A stretch of 64,000 nt of DNA. It comes from a bacterium (GTDB lineage Bacteria > Krumholzibacteriota > Krumholzibacteriia > JACNKJ01). Position 1 is the first letter of the stretch; each line of letters begins with the position of its first letter. Position numbers and translations under genes: made by a program. The stretch spans positions 86,240 to 150,239 of the forward strand of contig JAAEPZ010000033.1 in NCBI GenBank assembly GCA_024231955.1. Direction: 5' to 3'. The notes beneath the pieces are model-generated. The model was not told the DNA's origin, ran no database searches, and saw only the letters and a program-made list of their open reading frames with translations. Positions 1-13,050 of this stretch are shown one piece after another.

Positions 1-1181
1 AAACCCTGCGCATACCCGTAGGGCCAGATCTGAACCCGATTCGTGCCCCATGTGTAATAGGCGAAATCAACTTTAATCGGCTCACCGTAATCCAGGATGG
101 CCGGAGCGCCCGGAGAAAGGGCCACCTGGCTCACCGAATGCGCCCTGTACTGCACCTGATAGGGCACTTCGACACTCAGATGGGTCTCGGTCTGATCGTC
201 ATTCGCCATTATGAAATATGCATGAGTAATATCCTGATCCCCCAGATAGCAGAACCAGCGGCTGATCGACCCGGCTGGTGCAGGCAGCAAGGGACTCCCC
301 TGTTGATCCATATCCAAAAATACCGGGCTCCCATCCCTGGCACCGATCATCCAGGCACGCACACCTGCGGGGTTACTGGTTGTATAGTCAAAGCTGCACT
401 CGACATGCTCTTCGTAAGCCAACCCCTGCGGCGATTGCAGAGTGAAGCTGAAGTTGCTGAGGCCATGTTCCCCCCAGTGATAATTCACCGGCACGAAGAT
501 CTCCCAGAGCACTTCGGTTAAATCCAGACTCTTGAGATAGAAGCGAATCTCATCCACGGCAACGGGACCAGCGCCCATCGTGAAGTAATGCGAAGCCGTA
601 TCGTTGGGGGAGGTTATATGCTCACCCCCGCTGGCGGCGTAGCCTGAAACCAGGGACCCCTCGTAGTAGGGCCGCGCAAAAAGATAACCAGCCTCGTCGG
701 ATGTGATATCGTGCTGGATTTCAAGTTCGTCCCCATATTGTATCCAGGATGGAGAGCTGTGGCTGTAGGTAATGTTCGTGATCCCCTTGGCGCTGTAGTG
801 GTACCGCACCGGGATGAAGATCTCGAGCAGCAACTCGTTCCAGTCCGCCGTCCACATGGTGACCTGGATGTGGGTCACGGTCCAGTCACCGGCGGTGACG
901 AGACACCAGTTGTCGCCCGTGCCCTCCCCCTCACCGTACAGAATCGACCCGGAGTTGCCGAAATTCGGATTCGGTGTTCCGTTCGAGTAGGGCAATGACA
1001 TGATGCGGGCACCAGCAGGGTCATCCACCTTGTAACTGAAAGACACGTTCACTCTGTCGTTATGCGCCAGCCAGGCCTGGTGGCCGCGATCCAGAGTAAT
1101 GTCCCCCAGGTAGTTGGCGTTGGCGATTCCGGAGATGAGCAGAAGGATGAGTACCGTCAGAGAGAGAGACCCATATTTCAA
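1..1181 (-). CDS. secreted protein with ~105-110 aa tandem beta-rich repeats (3' end runs off window)
   Basis: Absent from the ORF track because it has no stop in the window. TTG start at 1181 with GAGG RBS. Translates MKYGSLSLTVLILLLISGIANA (signal peptide), then an open frame to base 1 with repeats ending EIFIPVRYHY / EIFVPVNYHW / SVEVPYQVQY. Confidence 0.8.
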   Translation of the reverse strand, partial: MKYGSLSLTVLILLLISGIANANYLGDITLDRGHQAWLAHNDRVNVSFSYKVDDPAGARIMSLPYSNGTPNPNFGNSGSILYGEGEGTGDNWCLVTAGDWTVTHIQVTMWTADWNELLLEIFIPVRYHYSAKGITNITYSHSSPSWIQYGDELEIQHDITSDEAGYLFARPYYEGSLVSGYAASGGEHITSPNDTASHYFTMGAGPVAVDEIRFYLKSLDLTEVLWEIFVPVNYHWGEHGLSNFSFTLQSPQGLAYEEHVECSFDYTTSNPAGVRAWMIGARDGSPVFLDMDQQGSPLLPAPAGSISRWFCYLGDQDITHAYFIMANDDQTETHLSVEVPYQVQYRAHSVSQVALSPGAPAILDYGEPIKVDFAYYTWGTNRVQIWPYGYAQG

Positions 1182-1477
1182 AATGACCTCGCTTCCTCCT
1201 TTCCGGCACGATGCAGAGTAAGCAGGCAAAACAGATCGGCGGCCGGATCGGACTTGTATTTGTATTCAATGCTTGCATCATGAGTATATCCCGGCAGGCA
1301 TGACTCACAACAGACCAAAATCGACAATATCTCCGGACACCCGGAAATACTGTGCGACGTGAAGAGAACGGCAACTCCTTAAAATGAAGACACTGAGGAG
1401 CGGGAGATGCTACGCTGCCGGTCAGCAGCTCCAAACGAATCGCGCGGTTCATCACTGCAATGACAAGGAAGTAGACC

Positions 1478-3133
1478 ATGACGGGGATAGTCTTCCTGCT
1501 GGATCTGGTCATCATCCTGGCGGCGGCCGTCATTGTAGTCGGGCTTTTGCGTTACCTGCACGTGCCCTCGATCGCGGGGTTCATCGTCGCCGGAGCGTTC
1601 ATCGGACCTTATGCACTGAGATTCATCAAGGATCTCCATCAGGTCGAAATGCTCGCCGAACTGGGTGTAGTGCTGCTCCTCTTTGGTATCGGACTCGAAC
1701 TCTCCCTGGACCGCGTGCGGCGGCTCTGGCGACCGATCGCAATGGGGGGATCCTTCCAGGTTGGCATCACCATTCTCTGTGTGCTGGGGCTCGCCGTTCT
1801 GTTCGGAACGGATATCCGATCGGGACTGTTGCTAGGTTTCATAATCGTCGTCTCCAGCACCGCCATCGTCTTGAGGGGTCTCTCGGCCCGGGGAGAACTC
1901 GAGACACCGCACGGTCGACTGGCGCTTGGCATCCTGATCTTCCAGGATCTGTGTGTCGTACCCATGGTTCTCATTATTCCTATCCTGGGTGATGCCGGCA
2001 GCACCGGCTCGAGCCTGCTGATGTCGTTGCTCAAGGCCGCAGCAGTGATCACGGGTGTAGTCGTGGCCTCGCGCCTGATCGTTCCGCGCTTTCTCGAAGA
2101 GATAGCACGCACGCGGAAGCGCGACCTTTTCGTCCTTTCCGTCTTTCTGATTTGTCTGGGGACCGCGTGGATAGTATCCAGCGTGGGCGTCTCACTCGCT
2201 CTGGGCGCATTTCTCGCTGGCCTTGTTGTTTCCGGCAGCCGGTATCGCGAGCAGGCGATCTCCGATCTCGTTCCGCTGCGCGATGTTCTCGCAAGCGTGT
2301 TCTTCGTCTCCATCGGCATGATGCTCGACCTGAGGAACGTTCTCGACAATCTGCTCCCTATTCTGGGACTGTTCGCCGCCATCATCATCGGCAAGTTCAT
2401 CATCATTTTCCTCTCCGCCTCCATCATGAGACTGCCGCTGCGGGTGGGCATCCTGACCGCTACCGCCCTGTCCCAGGTCGGGGAGTTCTCCTTCGTTCTG
2501 CTGTATGCGGCGAGCGGGACCGGTTTGCTGACGGAACCCTTTCAGGGCAATCTCACCGTGGCGATCATTCTCTCGATGCTGGCCACACCCTTCGGGCTCG
2601 CGCTGGGACCGCATCTGGCGGGCGGACTGGGGAAACTCAACCCCCTGACCCGCCTGCTTGAAGTGCGAATGACGGAGGAGATGCAGGAATCCGAGACGCT
2701 GCAGGATCACATCATTATAGCCGGGTACGGCCCGACCGGCCAGAACCTGGCGCACTCTCTCGCACGGATCGGGACCCGCTACATTATCGTTGATTTCAAC
2801 ACGGACAATGTTCGCCAGGCGACTCTGAATGATGAGCCGGCTTGCTTCGGGGACGTGACGAGCGCTGAAGTGCTCGAGCATCTCGGGGTGGCCGCTGCCC
2901 GCGAGTTCGTGATCGCCATCAATGATACCGATGCGACAATGCGGGCAACCAGGGCGGCCCGGCAAGCTGTACCGGATCTCTGCATCACCGTGCGGACATC
3001 CTATATCGGTGATGTTCAGCGCCTCAAGGATGCCGGCGCCACTCATGTCATCACGGCGGAAGAGGCGGCGACGGACGCGATGATCGGACAGGTGCTGCGC
3101 AACATCGGTGATAATTCAGAAGATCAGGTCTGA
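1478..3133 (+). CDS. CPA2-family cation:proton antiporter (Kef-like) with C-terminal TrkA-N/RCK domain
   Basis: Many TM helices, GVVLLLFGIGLELS, SST, LIFQDL and SQVGEFSFV motifs; C-terminal HIIIAGYGPTG RCK domain. Confidence 0.92.
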   Translation: MTGIVFLLDLVIILAAAVIVVGLLRYLHVPSIAGFIVAGAFIGPYALRFIKDLHQVEMLAELGVVLLLFGIGLELSLDRVRRLWRPIAMGGSFQVGITILCVLGLAVLFGTDIRSGLLLGFIIVVSSTAIVLRGLSARGELETPHGRLALGILIFQDLCVVPMVLIIPILGDAGSTGSSLLMSLLKAAAVITGVVVASRLIVPRFLEEIARTRKRDLFVLSVFLICLGTAWIVSSVGVSLALGAFLAGLVVSGSRYREQAISDLVPLRDVLASVFFVSIGMMLDLRNVLDNLLPILGLFAAIIIGKFIIIFLSASIMRLPLRVGILTATALSQVGEFSFVLLYAASGTGLLTEPFQGNLTVAIILSMLATPFGLALGPHLAGGLGKLNPLTRLLEVRMTEEMQESETLQDHIIIAGYGPTGQNLAHSLARIGTRYIIVDFNTDNVRQATLNDEPACFGDVTSAEVLEHLGVAAAREFVIAINDTDATMRATRAARQAVPDLCITVRTSYIGDVQRLKDAGATHVITAEEAATDAMIGQVLRNIGDNSEDQV

Positions 3134-3501
3134 CGGTATTGCCGTCGGACTTTCGGATAACCGGGAGTGTGATCCCTGCCCGGTGACGTCATACGCATTG
3201 ATGAGAACCGAACAGGCCTCGGGGGTGCTGAACTCCTCGCCGTCAATCGCGGTATGGGTTGATGCGCTGCAGCCCCGTTGGCCAGTCGCAGACAGTACCC
3301 GCCATCATGGGCGCCGGCCGGGTCATGAACTCTGCTCACTCCGACATCAATGTAGTACCGCCAGCCGTAGCCTCCGAAGGGGGCAACCTCCTCGAAACCG
3401 CCATTGGCGACATCGCCATTCATGCCGTAGCCGTTGTAGAGCATGATGTGTGCAGTCGGATTTGCGGCGCGCAGGTGACTGTCGCTTTCATTCAGTTCGA
3501 A
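3124..3501 (-). pseudogene. relic of a secreted carbohydrate-binding/Ig-domain protein gene
   Basis: Protein-like segment 'VANGGFEE...AHDGGYCLRL', in-frame stop just upstream, no signal peptide; a shifted frame continues 'AIDGEEFSTPEACSVLINAYDVTGR'. Confidence 0.35.
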
Positions 3502-3709
3502 GACCTACATCCTGCTGCGGCGTCTGTTGCCCGATTTCGTCTGGAAGAGGGTTATTCAGACCGCCTCCGCTAGAGGCGACGGCGCTGCCGTCATTCGCGG
3601 ATCGAACTGATAAGATTGAGTGCGGCATATTCCTCGTTAGATCCTCGCGTCATTATTGAATAGGTGAGGTCATCGATGAACGATGACGTTTTTTACATGG
3701 AGGAGTAAT

Positions 3710-4060
3710 ATGAAGAAACTAACCATCCTTATGCTGAGCCTGATGATTGTTCTCAGCGCCGGTTCCGCATTCGCCAGGTGCATCATCGCCGCGACCATCG
3801 ACGAGCTGGAATGCGTTAACGGCTGTTTCACCCTGGATTGGAGCGTGGTGGAGAATTGCGGAGGAGCCACGATCGAGGTTCAGAGGAGAGCAAGTGGAAC
3901 TACCGCCTGGGCCACGATCGCCACTGATATTACGGACGGATTCTATACCGATTGCCCCGGAAGCCTGGCGCCGCTCGATTATAAGATCATTCTCCACTGC
4001 AATGCGCCCTGCGATCAGAACAAGGAGTATGCGGTGTGGCTGAATGTGACATGTGACTAG
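3710..4060 (+). CDS. small secreted cysteine-rich protein (FN3-like beta sandwich)
   Basis: AGGAG RBS, MKKLTILMLSLMIVLSAGSAFA signal peptide, 8 Cys, 'LDWS...EVQRR...YTD...YKI' FN3-like pattern. Confidence 0.8.
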   Translation: MKKLTILMLSLMIVLSAGSAFARCIIAATIDELECVNGCFTLDWSVVENCGGATIEVQRRASGTTAWATIATDITDGFYTDCPGSLAPLDYKIILHCNAPCDQNKEYAVWLNVTCD

Positions 4061-4102
4061 ATGGGATCGGATGGGCGTCCGTTGCCTGCACGGCAAGGGG
4101 CA

Positions 4103-4130
4103 GAGCCGGGTCGCAGCTGCGACCCGGCTC
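4103..4130. repeat. perfect 28-bp palindrome
   Basis: GAGCCGGGTCGCAG followed directly by its reverse complement CTGCGACCCGGCTC, downstream of the small secreted gene. Confidence 0.85.
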
Positions 4131-4444
4131 GTTCTCAAGCAGCCGGCTCGATCAGGCGGCGCCAGCCCAAGCGCGAGTGCCCCGGCAGAGACACCAGGCA
4201 CAGTCAGATATTGGTGCCGTGAGGGCGACAAATCGGCTGCAATTCATATTTATCGGAATTAATCCCACAGATGCCCGGCCGTGAAAACCTGCCCCACCCG
4301 TCCCCCCGAATCATAACGATAAACCCATCAATATGGGTCGATCTTGCTTGCGCAAATGAGTGCGGTACAGCTTATTCGCAGGGCTTAATCCGACCCTTTA
4401 TTACAGGGCGGTGATTTCCACGTCATTTCAACCTAGGAGACGAA

Positions 4445-6673
<2,229 letters not shown>

Positions 6674-6704
6674 GTTGTCCCGCAACGGACTTCACGCTTC
6701 AAAT

Positions 6705-6739
6705 AACCCGGCTGAACCTCAGTGTTCAGCCGGGTTTTT
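6705..6739 (+). terminator. rho-independent terminator after icd
   Basis: AACCCGGCTGAAC-loop-GTTCAGCCGGGTT followed by a T run. Confidence 0.85.
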
Positions 6740-6889
6740 CATGGCGCTTGCATCTGAGAGACAACTCTCTACAGGTTCCGTCCGCCGGAATGTGGGACCC
6801 TGAAAAGGATCATATCCACCACGATCATCTCCCACGACAATGTCCGAAAACGTCCAGCACCTGCGGTCGATTATGGTATCCTGACGGAC

Positions 6890-8380
6890 ATGGAACTGGA
6901 TCATGACATTTGCTATCGCGCCATATGCGCCCGAGACGCCCGTTTCGACGGACGGTTCTTCACCGGCGTGACCAGCACCGGTATCTACTGCCGCCCCGTC
7001 TGTCCCGCACGAACGCCCGGGGCGATGAACTGCACCTTCTTCATTTGCGCCGCCGCCGCCGAGGAGGCGGGCTTCCGACCGTGTCGGCGCTGTCGTCCCG
7101 AAACGGCCCCGGGCACACCCGCCTGGCGCGGCACGTCGACCACGGTCTCGCGTGCTCTGCGTCTGATTGAGGAGGGCGCTTTAACCGATGCCTCTATCGA
7201 GGATATGTCAGCGCGGCTGGGTGTGGGTGGCCGACATCTGCGGCGGCTGTTCAACGAGCACCTCGGCGCTTCGCCTGCGGCAGTGGCGAATACGCGTCGT
7301 ATCCATTTCGCCAAACGGATGATCGAGGAGACATCCCTCTCCATGACCCACATTGCCCTGGCTGCCGGCTTCAACAATGTGCGTCGATTCAACGCGGCGG
7401 TGCGGCAGTCCTTCGATCGTACTCCGACCGAGATCCGCAAACTCGCCCCCTCCGGCCTCCAACATGCGAACGGAGGTACGATAACCCTCCGGCTCTCCTG
7501 CCGCGAACCGTTCGACTGGCATGGCCTGCTCGCCTGGCTCGCGCCCCGAGCTATTCCCGGCATCGAGCAGGTGAAGGGGATGACCTATCGCCGCACCGTT
7601 TCGCTGAACGACTTCACCGGTGTGATCGAACTGGAGCCCGCTACACGGCGCGGCCCTGCTCTTCTTTTGCGCACGCCGGTAGAGGCGTCACCGGTACTGC
7701 TGCAGATTGTCGACGGAGTGCGCGCTCTTTTCGATCTGGATGCCGATCCCGCGGCGATAGCGGAGCAGTTGAGCGAGGACCCCCTGCTCGCCCCCGCGGC
7801 CCGCAAACATCCCGGTATCCGTGTTCCCGGTTGCTGGGATCGATTCGAGCTGGCCGTCCGCGCGATATTGGGTCAGCAGGTTACTGTTGTCGGTGCAACC
7901 CGGTTGACCGGCAGGTTGGCGGAGAGATTCGGCCGCCCCTGTACATCGCCGAAGTCACTGGCTGGGCATCCCGATCGGCTTTTCCCCCGACCTGAGGATC
8001 TTATCCACGCCGACATCGCCGGCCTGGGCATGCCCTCGGCCCGTGCGGAGACCATCCGCAGGTTCGCCCGCGCCGTGTATGATGGTGAACCGATTCTGGA
8101 AACGGCGCCGGATCTCCCGACGGCAATCGCACGGTTGACGTCATTGCCGGGTATCGGCGACTGGACCGCCCAGTACATCGCCATGCGCGCCCTGCGTGAG
8201 CCGGACGCCTTTCCCGCCGGAGACCTGGGCTTACGCAAAGCGTTGGTCGGCAACGACGACAAACTGCCGACCGGCACCACTTTGAGAAAACGGTCCGAGA
8301 TCTGGCGCCCCTGGCGAGCATACGCGGCCATGCTGCTGTGGCGCAATCTGGCCGACAACACCGAAAAGGGTAGACGATGA
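6890..8380 (+). CDS. alkA: Ada Zn-binding/AraC-HTH + DNA-3-methyladenine glycosylase II fusion
   Basis: N-terminal TGIYCRPVC...FRPCRRC Ada motif, AraC HTH, AlkA_N, HhH-GPD ([15 protein letters not shown]...FPAGDLGL), WRPWRAYAA. Confidence 0.93.
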   Translation: MELDHDICYRAICARDARFDGRFFTGVTSTGIYCRPVCPARTPGAMNCTFFICAAAAEEAGFRPCRRCRPETAPGTPAWRGTSTTVSRALRLIEEGALTDASIEDMSARLGVGGRHLRRLFNEHLGASPAAVANTRRIHFAKRMIEETSLSMTHIALAAGFNNVRRFNAAVRQSFDRTPTEIRKLAPSGLQHANGGTITLRLSCREPFDWHGLLAWLAPRAIPGIEQVKGMTYRRTVSLNDFTGVIELEPATRRGPALLLRTPVEASPVLLQIVDGVRALFDLDADPAAIAEQLSEDPLLAPAARKHPGIRVPGCWDRFELAVRAILGQQVTVVGATRLTGRLAERFGRPCTSPKSLAGHPDRLFPRPEDLIHADIAGLGMPSARAETIRRFARAVYDGEPILETAPDLPTAIARLTSLPGIGDWTAQYIAMRALREPDAFPAGDLGLRKALVGNDDKLPTGTTLRKRSEIWRPWRAYAAMLLWRNLADNTEKGRR

Positions 8381-8886
8381 CATTGCAATCCGACTCCGCC
8401 GTGATCGACAGCCCCGTAGGCAAGCTGCTCCTGGTTGCTTGCGCGCGGGGGTTGACCCACCTGCTGTTCACCAGCCACAAGCGTCAAGAACCTCACCCGG
8501 AGGGTGACGGCACCTCGGCCGCGACAGGCATCATCACTGCAACGGAGCGGCAATTGCGGGAGTACTTCGCAGGTCGACGCCGCGAGTTCGATCTACCTCT
8601 GGCGCCCGGCGGAACGGAGTTTCAACTGGCGGTCTGGAAAAGGCTGTGCGAGATCCCGTTCGGACAAACGGTGAGCTACGGCAAGGTTGCCCACGATATC
8701 AACCGCCCCCAAGCGGTGCGGGCTGTCGGGGCGGCCAACGGCGCCAACCCCATCGCGATCATCGTGCCCTGCCACCGGGTGATCGGCGGCAACCGGCACC
8801 TCACGGGATTCGGCGGCGGCTTGCCCGCCAAACGATTGCTGCTGGAACTGGAGGGGGTGCAATTACGGAGGGACAAACTCGCCTGA
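8377..8886 (+). CDS. ogt: methylated-DNA--protein-cysteine methyltransferase
   Basis: GTEFQ..VW..L..IPFG.T.SYG, RAVGAANGANP, active-site PCHRV; overlaps the alkA stop (ATGA). Confidence 0.95.
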   Translation: MTLQSDSAVIDSPVGKLLLVACARGLTHLLFTSHKRQEPHPEGDGTSAATGIITATERQLREYFAGRRREFDLPLAPGGTEFQLAVWKRLCEIPFGQTVSYGKVAHDINRPQAVRAVGAANGANPIAIIVPCHRVIGGNRHLTGFGGGLPAKRLLLELEGVQLRRDKLA

Positions 8887-8988
8887 TCATCCGACGGCGG
8901 ATTGAATAAAGAGCACATCGCCCATAAGGACCGTCCTCGTCACCGACTCAGCGTTGAGAGCGGATCGTCACCCCAAGCAGTGGGCGAC

Positions 8989-9807
8989 TCAACGAGCCGT
9001 GGCCGCCATACTGCGGACGGTCGCGCGCCGGCTGGCCAGGTGATGCACGTGGAGGCCATCAATGGCCTGGTAGAGTTTGATCGCCGGAAATGGTCCGTGC
9101 AGCACACGGTACCCGGATCGTCGATACCAGAATTCCGTTCTCAGTTCCGCCATATCCTCGGGATCCTCCTGTTTGCTCCAACCGGCGAGAACGAGAACCG
9201 GTATCTTCGCTTTGGCGACGATGTTCTCGATATTGGCGTGGATGAGCTGTTGTCCGGGGGCGAAGAGCACAACGTCGACATCATCGACCCAGACGACCCC
9301 TTCGCTCTCGCAGTGACATCGGCAATCATACCAACAGTTGGTGAGTGTGGCCTCCATCTTCTCCGACCTGTCCCAGGTCTCCTCCGCATAGACGGCAAGG
9401 ATACTCTTCGGTTTGACCTCGGCACTGTACAGCTCGCGGAAAAGATCCGGATCGTCGGCAATCGCACTCTGGACCTGATCCCGTTTGGTTGCATAAGCCG
9501 CCTGCATCCCCTCGATGAGATCCCCGAAGACCCTGATCAGATCATCGCCGCGGCGCGTGGCCATGGAGTTGCAGCGATAGATCAGCGGCTTGAATATCTG
9601 GGGGTCGATCTCGGCAATCTGCGCCGTCGTACTCAGGAAAGCCGTCAGGGCCTTCAAGTGGGAGACGTACAACTGGCGCGCAACAGGCCCGACCTCGGTG
9701 CCGTCGACCGCGGTCAACCGCACGTACTCGTAAATAGTCGGTAAGAGCCTCAGGAAGAGAGGCGGCAACGATTTGAACGGAATCGGTTGCAGGTCCGATC
9801 TACCCAT
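8989..9807 (-). CDS. hypothetical protein, helical N-terminus + degenerate receiver-like C-terminus
   Basis: 272 aa, GGAGG RBS upstream; alternating beta/alpha pattern SILAVYAEE...DVVLFA...IPVLVLAG...LHGPF. Confidence 0.65.
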   Translation of the reverse strand: MGRSDLQPIPFKSLPPLFLRLLPTIYEYVRLTAVDGTEVGPVARQLYVSHLKALTAFLSTTAQIAEIDPQIFKPLIYRCNSMATRRGDDLIRVFGDLIEGMQAAYATKRDQVQSAIADDPDLFRELYSAEVKPKSILAVYAEETWDRSEKMEATLTNCWYDCRCHCESEGVVWVDDVDVVLFAPGQQLIHANIENIVAKAKIPVLVLAGWSKQEDPEDMAELRTEFWYRRSGYRVLHGPFPAIKLYQAIDGLHVHHLASRRATVRSMAATAR

Positions 9808-10002
9808 GATTCACCTCCCCGTCATGCAGTATCAAGAATTCCCAGGGAGGACGCACAAGGTGTCATGTCTGCAGTTTGATCAAGACCTTTCCTGGCATCA
9901 GGCGATGCTGCCGCGGATTTGGGCTCGAGAAGAAGCCTGTGGGTCGGAATGCCGTTGATTACAGTATACCTCAGTATTCAGATGCTGCTGCGATACAGGG
10001 AA

Positions 10003-10032
10003 ACGGCCGGTGCTTGTTCGAGCACCGGCCGT
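10003..10032 (-). terminator. probable terminator for the beta-barrel gene
   Basis: ACGGCCGGTGCT / AGCACCGGCCGT stem followed by TT on the minus strand. Confidence 0.6.
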
Positions 10033-10073
10033 CAGCCAAGAGCGGAATGATTTCGCATCGGTTTGAATCGTGC

Positions 10074-10760
10074 CTAGAAGGTCAGGATCACACCCAGTCC
10101 GAAGGTCGTCATATCGGTTGTACTCTGCGAGACGTTAAAGACAGGCGCATTGTCGACTATAGTAATATCACCCTCGGTGAGATATTCCGCCTCGGCACCT
10201 TGCATGCACGTCACCTTGAAATCGAGGAACACGCCGGGGGAATTCTCCGCGACATCACCCTCTTTGATCCGAACCAGAAGACCGCCGCCGCCGCTCCAGA
10301 AAGCCGCGAAGTCATCGTAATTGGTTTCGCGACCCACCTCGTCATCATCCCACCAGTCCTCATCCTGGAGTTTGGATTCGGTCCACAGATAGTTGATGCC
10401 GACTCGTGCCTCAACGTATGGTTGCACGATCCCCATCAACGGACGCCACTGGGTATAGAGGAAGAAGCCGGCCAGGTTGTTGTGCGTATTCAACTCGAAG
10501 TCCTCCACCAGGGGCAGTTCGTACTCGCGGGTTTCGCTGCCGTACATCATGGCGTTGATGCCGATGCCGACTGAGAGCGCAGACATGGGCCGCAGGCCGT
10601 AATTCAGTTCGAGGCCGATGCCGAGGTTGTCCACGGCATCGCCGAACTCGCCCGTGGGCGAGCCCACGATGATGCGACCGCCCCCCTCCTGATCGAGGGC
10701 CATGGCGTTGGTGGCGAAGATGAGCAATGCGAAGAGTGTCACGATCTTCAAGGTTTTCAT
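10074..10760 (-). CDS. outer-membrane beta-barrel protein
   Basis: Start at MKTLKIV (signal peptide), amphipathic strands, C-terminal GLGVILTF with terminal Phe. Confidence 0.85.
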   Translation of the reverse strand: MKTLKIVTLFALLIFATNAMALDQEGGGRIIVGSPTGEFGDAVDNLGIGLELNYGLRPMSALSVGIGINAMMYGSETREYELPLVEDFELNTHNNLAGFFLYTQWRPLMGIVQPYVEARVGINYLWTESKLQDEDWWDDDEVGRETNYDDFAAFWSGGGGLLVRIKEGDVAENSPGVFLDFKVTCMQGAEAEYLTEGDITIVDNAPVFNVSQSTTDMTTFGLGVILTF

Positions 10761-11110
10761 GTCGAATCTCCATTTACAGCAAGGGATGGCAGTGTTCCGT
10801 TTGTTGCGTGACGCACATTCAGGCCGCCATCGCATTCCGTCTTACCTCACCCACAGCGATAATCGCGCCAGCGGTCCCCAGACAGGCGCACGATATCGTT
10901 ACTCGTTGTCCTGCATTATGTTGAGAGGATGAACATGTGTGCAGAACGGACACGGAGCAGTGTGCCGTATCACCACACTGTGCCGGCCATCCACTTCCGG
11001 CGGCACAGCCTGTTGATCTCACGACCCGTCCAATGCTATACAACACTTCCGTCGCGACCGCCTCCCGGTTGCGTCCCCTCCCGCCGTTTTGCTCAACACC
11101 AAGGTGGTTC

Positions 11111-12958
11111 ATGAACCGCACACCGCTGGATATTTTGCGCACAGTCTACGGCTACGAATCTTTCCAGGGACGTCAGGGGGAGGTAATAGATCATCTCATC
11201 TCCGGTGGCGACGCTCTCCTGCTCGCGCCCACGGGCGGCGGGAAGTCATTGTGCTATCAGATCCCGGCGCTCTTGCGCGCTGGTCCCGGCATCGTCATCT
11301 CACCGCTTATTGCCCTCATGCAGGATCAGGTGGCGACGCTCATCCAACTTGGCGTGAAGGCGGCATATCTCAACTCGACACTCTCCTCCGGCGAACAGCG
11401 CAAGATCATGACACGGCTGTGCGGCGGCGAACTCGACCTGCTCTACCTGGCGCCCGAGCGGCTCATGCGCGAGGATACGCTGGAGCTTCTTACCGGTTTG
11501 AAACCGGCGATCATCGCCATCGACGAGGCCCATTGCGTCTCCCAGTGGGGCCATGATTTCCGACCGGAGTACCTGCAGTTGGGGATTCTGGCCGAACGCT
11601 TTCCCGCCGTCCCTCGCCTGGCCTGCACCGCGACAGCCGATGCCCGCACTCGCGCCGAGATCGTCGCCAACCTGCGGCTCACTGCCGGTCGCGTTTTCAC
11701 AACCGGTTTCGATCGTCCCAACATTCGCTACCTCGTCACCGACAAAAAGGGTGGTACGGATCAAGTGCTCCGCTTCATCCGGGATCATCATCCGGGGCAG
11801 GCGGGCATCGTGTACTGCCTGTCCCGCAAGCGGGTCGAAAAGGTGGCGGAGAAGCTCAGGGCCGCGGGGCACGTCGCTCTGCCCTACCACGCCGGTCTGG
11901 ACAAGGAGATCCGAACCGACCATCAACAACGATTCCTCAACGAGGATGCAGTCGTCATGGTGGCCACCATCGCCTTCGGCATGGGGATCGACAAACCGGA
12001 TGTCCGGTTCGTTGCTCACCTGGATATACCCTCCGGACTGGAGGCCTACTACCAGGAGACGGGTCGCGCCGGTCGGGACGGTCTGCCCGCCACCGCGCTA
12101 CTGACCTACGGCCTGCAGGATGTCGTGCTCCGTCGCCGCATGCTCGAAGCCTCCACGGCCGACGATCTGCACAAGCGTGCCGAGCGCCGACGTCTGGAGA
12201 CCATGTTGGCCTACTGCGAGCTCGTGACCTGCCGTCGCCAGACCCTGCTGGCCCACTTCGGCGACACGATGCCCGCGCCCTGCGGCAACTGCGATGTCTG
12301 TCTGGATCCGCCGACGACCCACGACGCCACCGTGCCCGCCCAGAAACTGCTCTCCTGCGTGGCCCGCACGGGTCAACGCTTCGGCGCGGTCTATATCATC
12401 GATATCCTTCTCGGTTCGGAGCAGGAGCGGATCCTCCGCCTCGGACACAATCGGTTGAGCACCTACGGCATCGGCACCGAACTGGACCGCAACGGCTGGC
12501 GCGCGGTTGTGCGGCAACTGCTGGCCCGGGGGATCCTCACCACCGACGCCGAAGGGATCGGATCGCTGAAATTGACCGCCGCTGCCGGTGGAGTTCTGTC
12601 GGGGGAGACGCCGCTCGAACTGCGCAAGAATCCGTTGCGGGCTCCCGGTGGCGGTCGGAAGCGCAACCGCAAGAGCACAGCGGCGGCTCTTGCGGTTGAG
12701 GACTGTGCGCAGGTTGAGCCCGGGGCGGCTGCCCGCTTCGAACGTCTCCGGGATCTGCGCCGTCGCCTGGCCGCCGAAGCCGGTGTCCCCCCCTATGTCG
12801 TTTTTCACGATCGGACGCTGACTGCAATGGCGGCATTGCAACCGCGGACCAAGGGGGCATTGCTCGAGATCAGCGGCGTCGGCGAAGCCAAACTCGAGCG
12901 TTGGGGCGCGGCGTTCCTCGATGCGCTGGCTGATGATCACCGGCAGGATCAGGTTTGA
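11111..12958 (+). CDS. recQ: ATP-dependent DNA helicase RecQ
   Basis: PTGGGKSLCYQ, DEAHCVSQWGHDFRPEY, QETGRAGRDG, Zn-binding CRRQ..CGNCDVC, RQC and HRDC domains. Confidence 0.97.
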   Translation: MNRTPLDILRTVYGYESFQGRQGEVIDHLISGGDALLLAPTGGGKSLCYQIPALLRAGPGIVISPLIALMQDQVATLIQLGVKAAYLNSTLSSGEQRKIMTRLCGGELDLLYLAPERLMREDTLELLTGLKPAIIAIDEAHCVSQWGHDFRPEYLQLGILAERFPAVPRLACTATADARTRAEIVANLRLTAGRVFTTGFDRPNIRYLVTDKKGGTDQVLRFIRDHHPGQAGIVYCLSRKRVEKVAEKLRAAGHVALPYHAGLDKEIRTDHQQRFLNEDAVVMVATIAFGMGIDKPDVRFVAHLDIPSGLEAYYQETGRAGRDGLPATALLTYGLQDVVLRRRMLEASTADDLHKRAERRRLETMLAYCELVTCRRQTLLAHFGDTMPAPCGNCDVCLDPPTTHDATVPAQKLLSCVARTGQRFGAVYIIDILLGSEQERILRLGHNRLSTYGIGTELDRNGWRAVVRQLLARGILTTDAEGIGSLKLTAAAGGVLSGETPLELRKNPLRAPGGGRKRNRKSTAAALAVEDCAQVEPGAAARFERLRDLRRRLAAEAGVPPYVVFHDRTLTAMAALQPRTKGALLEISGVGEAKLERWGAAFLDALADDHRQDQV

Positions 12959-12968
12959 GCCGACGAGG

Positions 12969-12998
12969 AAGCCCCCTCACGGAAACGTGAAGGGGCTT
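12969..12998. terminator. hairpin between convergent recQ and mdaB
   Basis: AAGCCCCCTCACG-GAAA-CGTGAAGGGGCTT near-perfect stem. Confidence 0.65.
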
Positions 12999-13050
12999 GT
13001 TGCTCTCGTAAAGGCGGACCATCATCGTGCCCAGACGTTTTTTAAACGTT

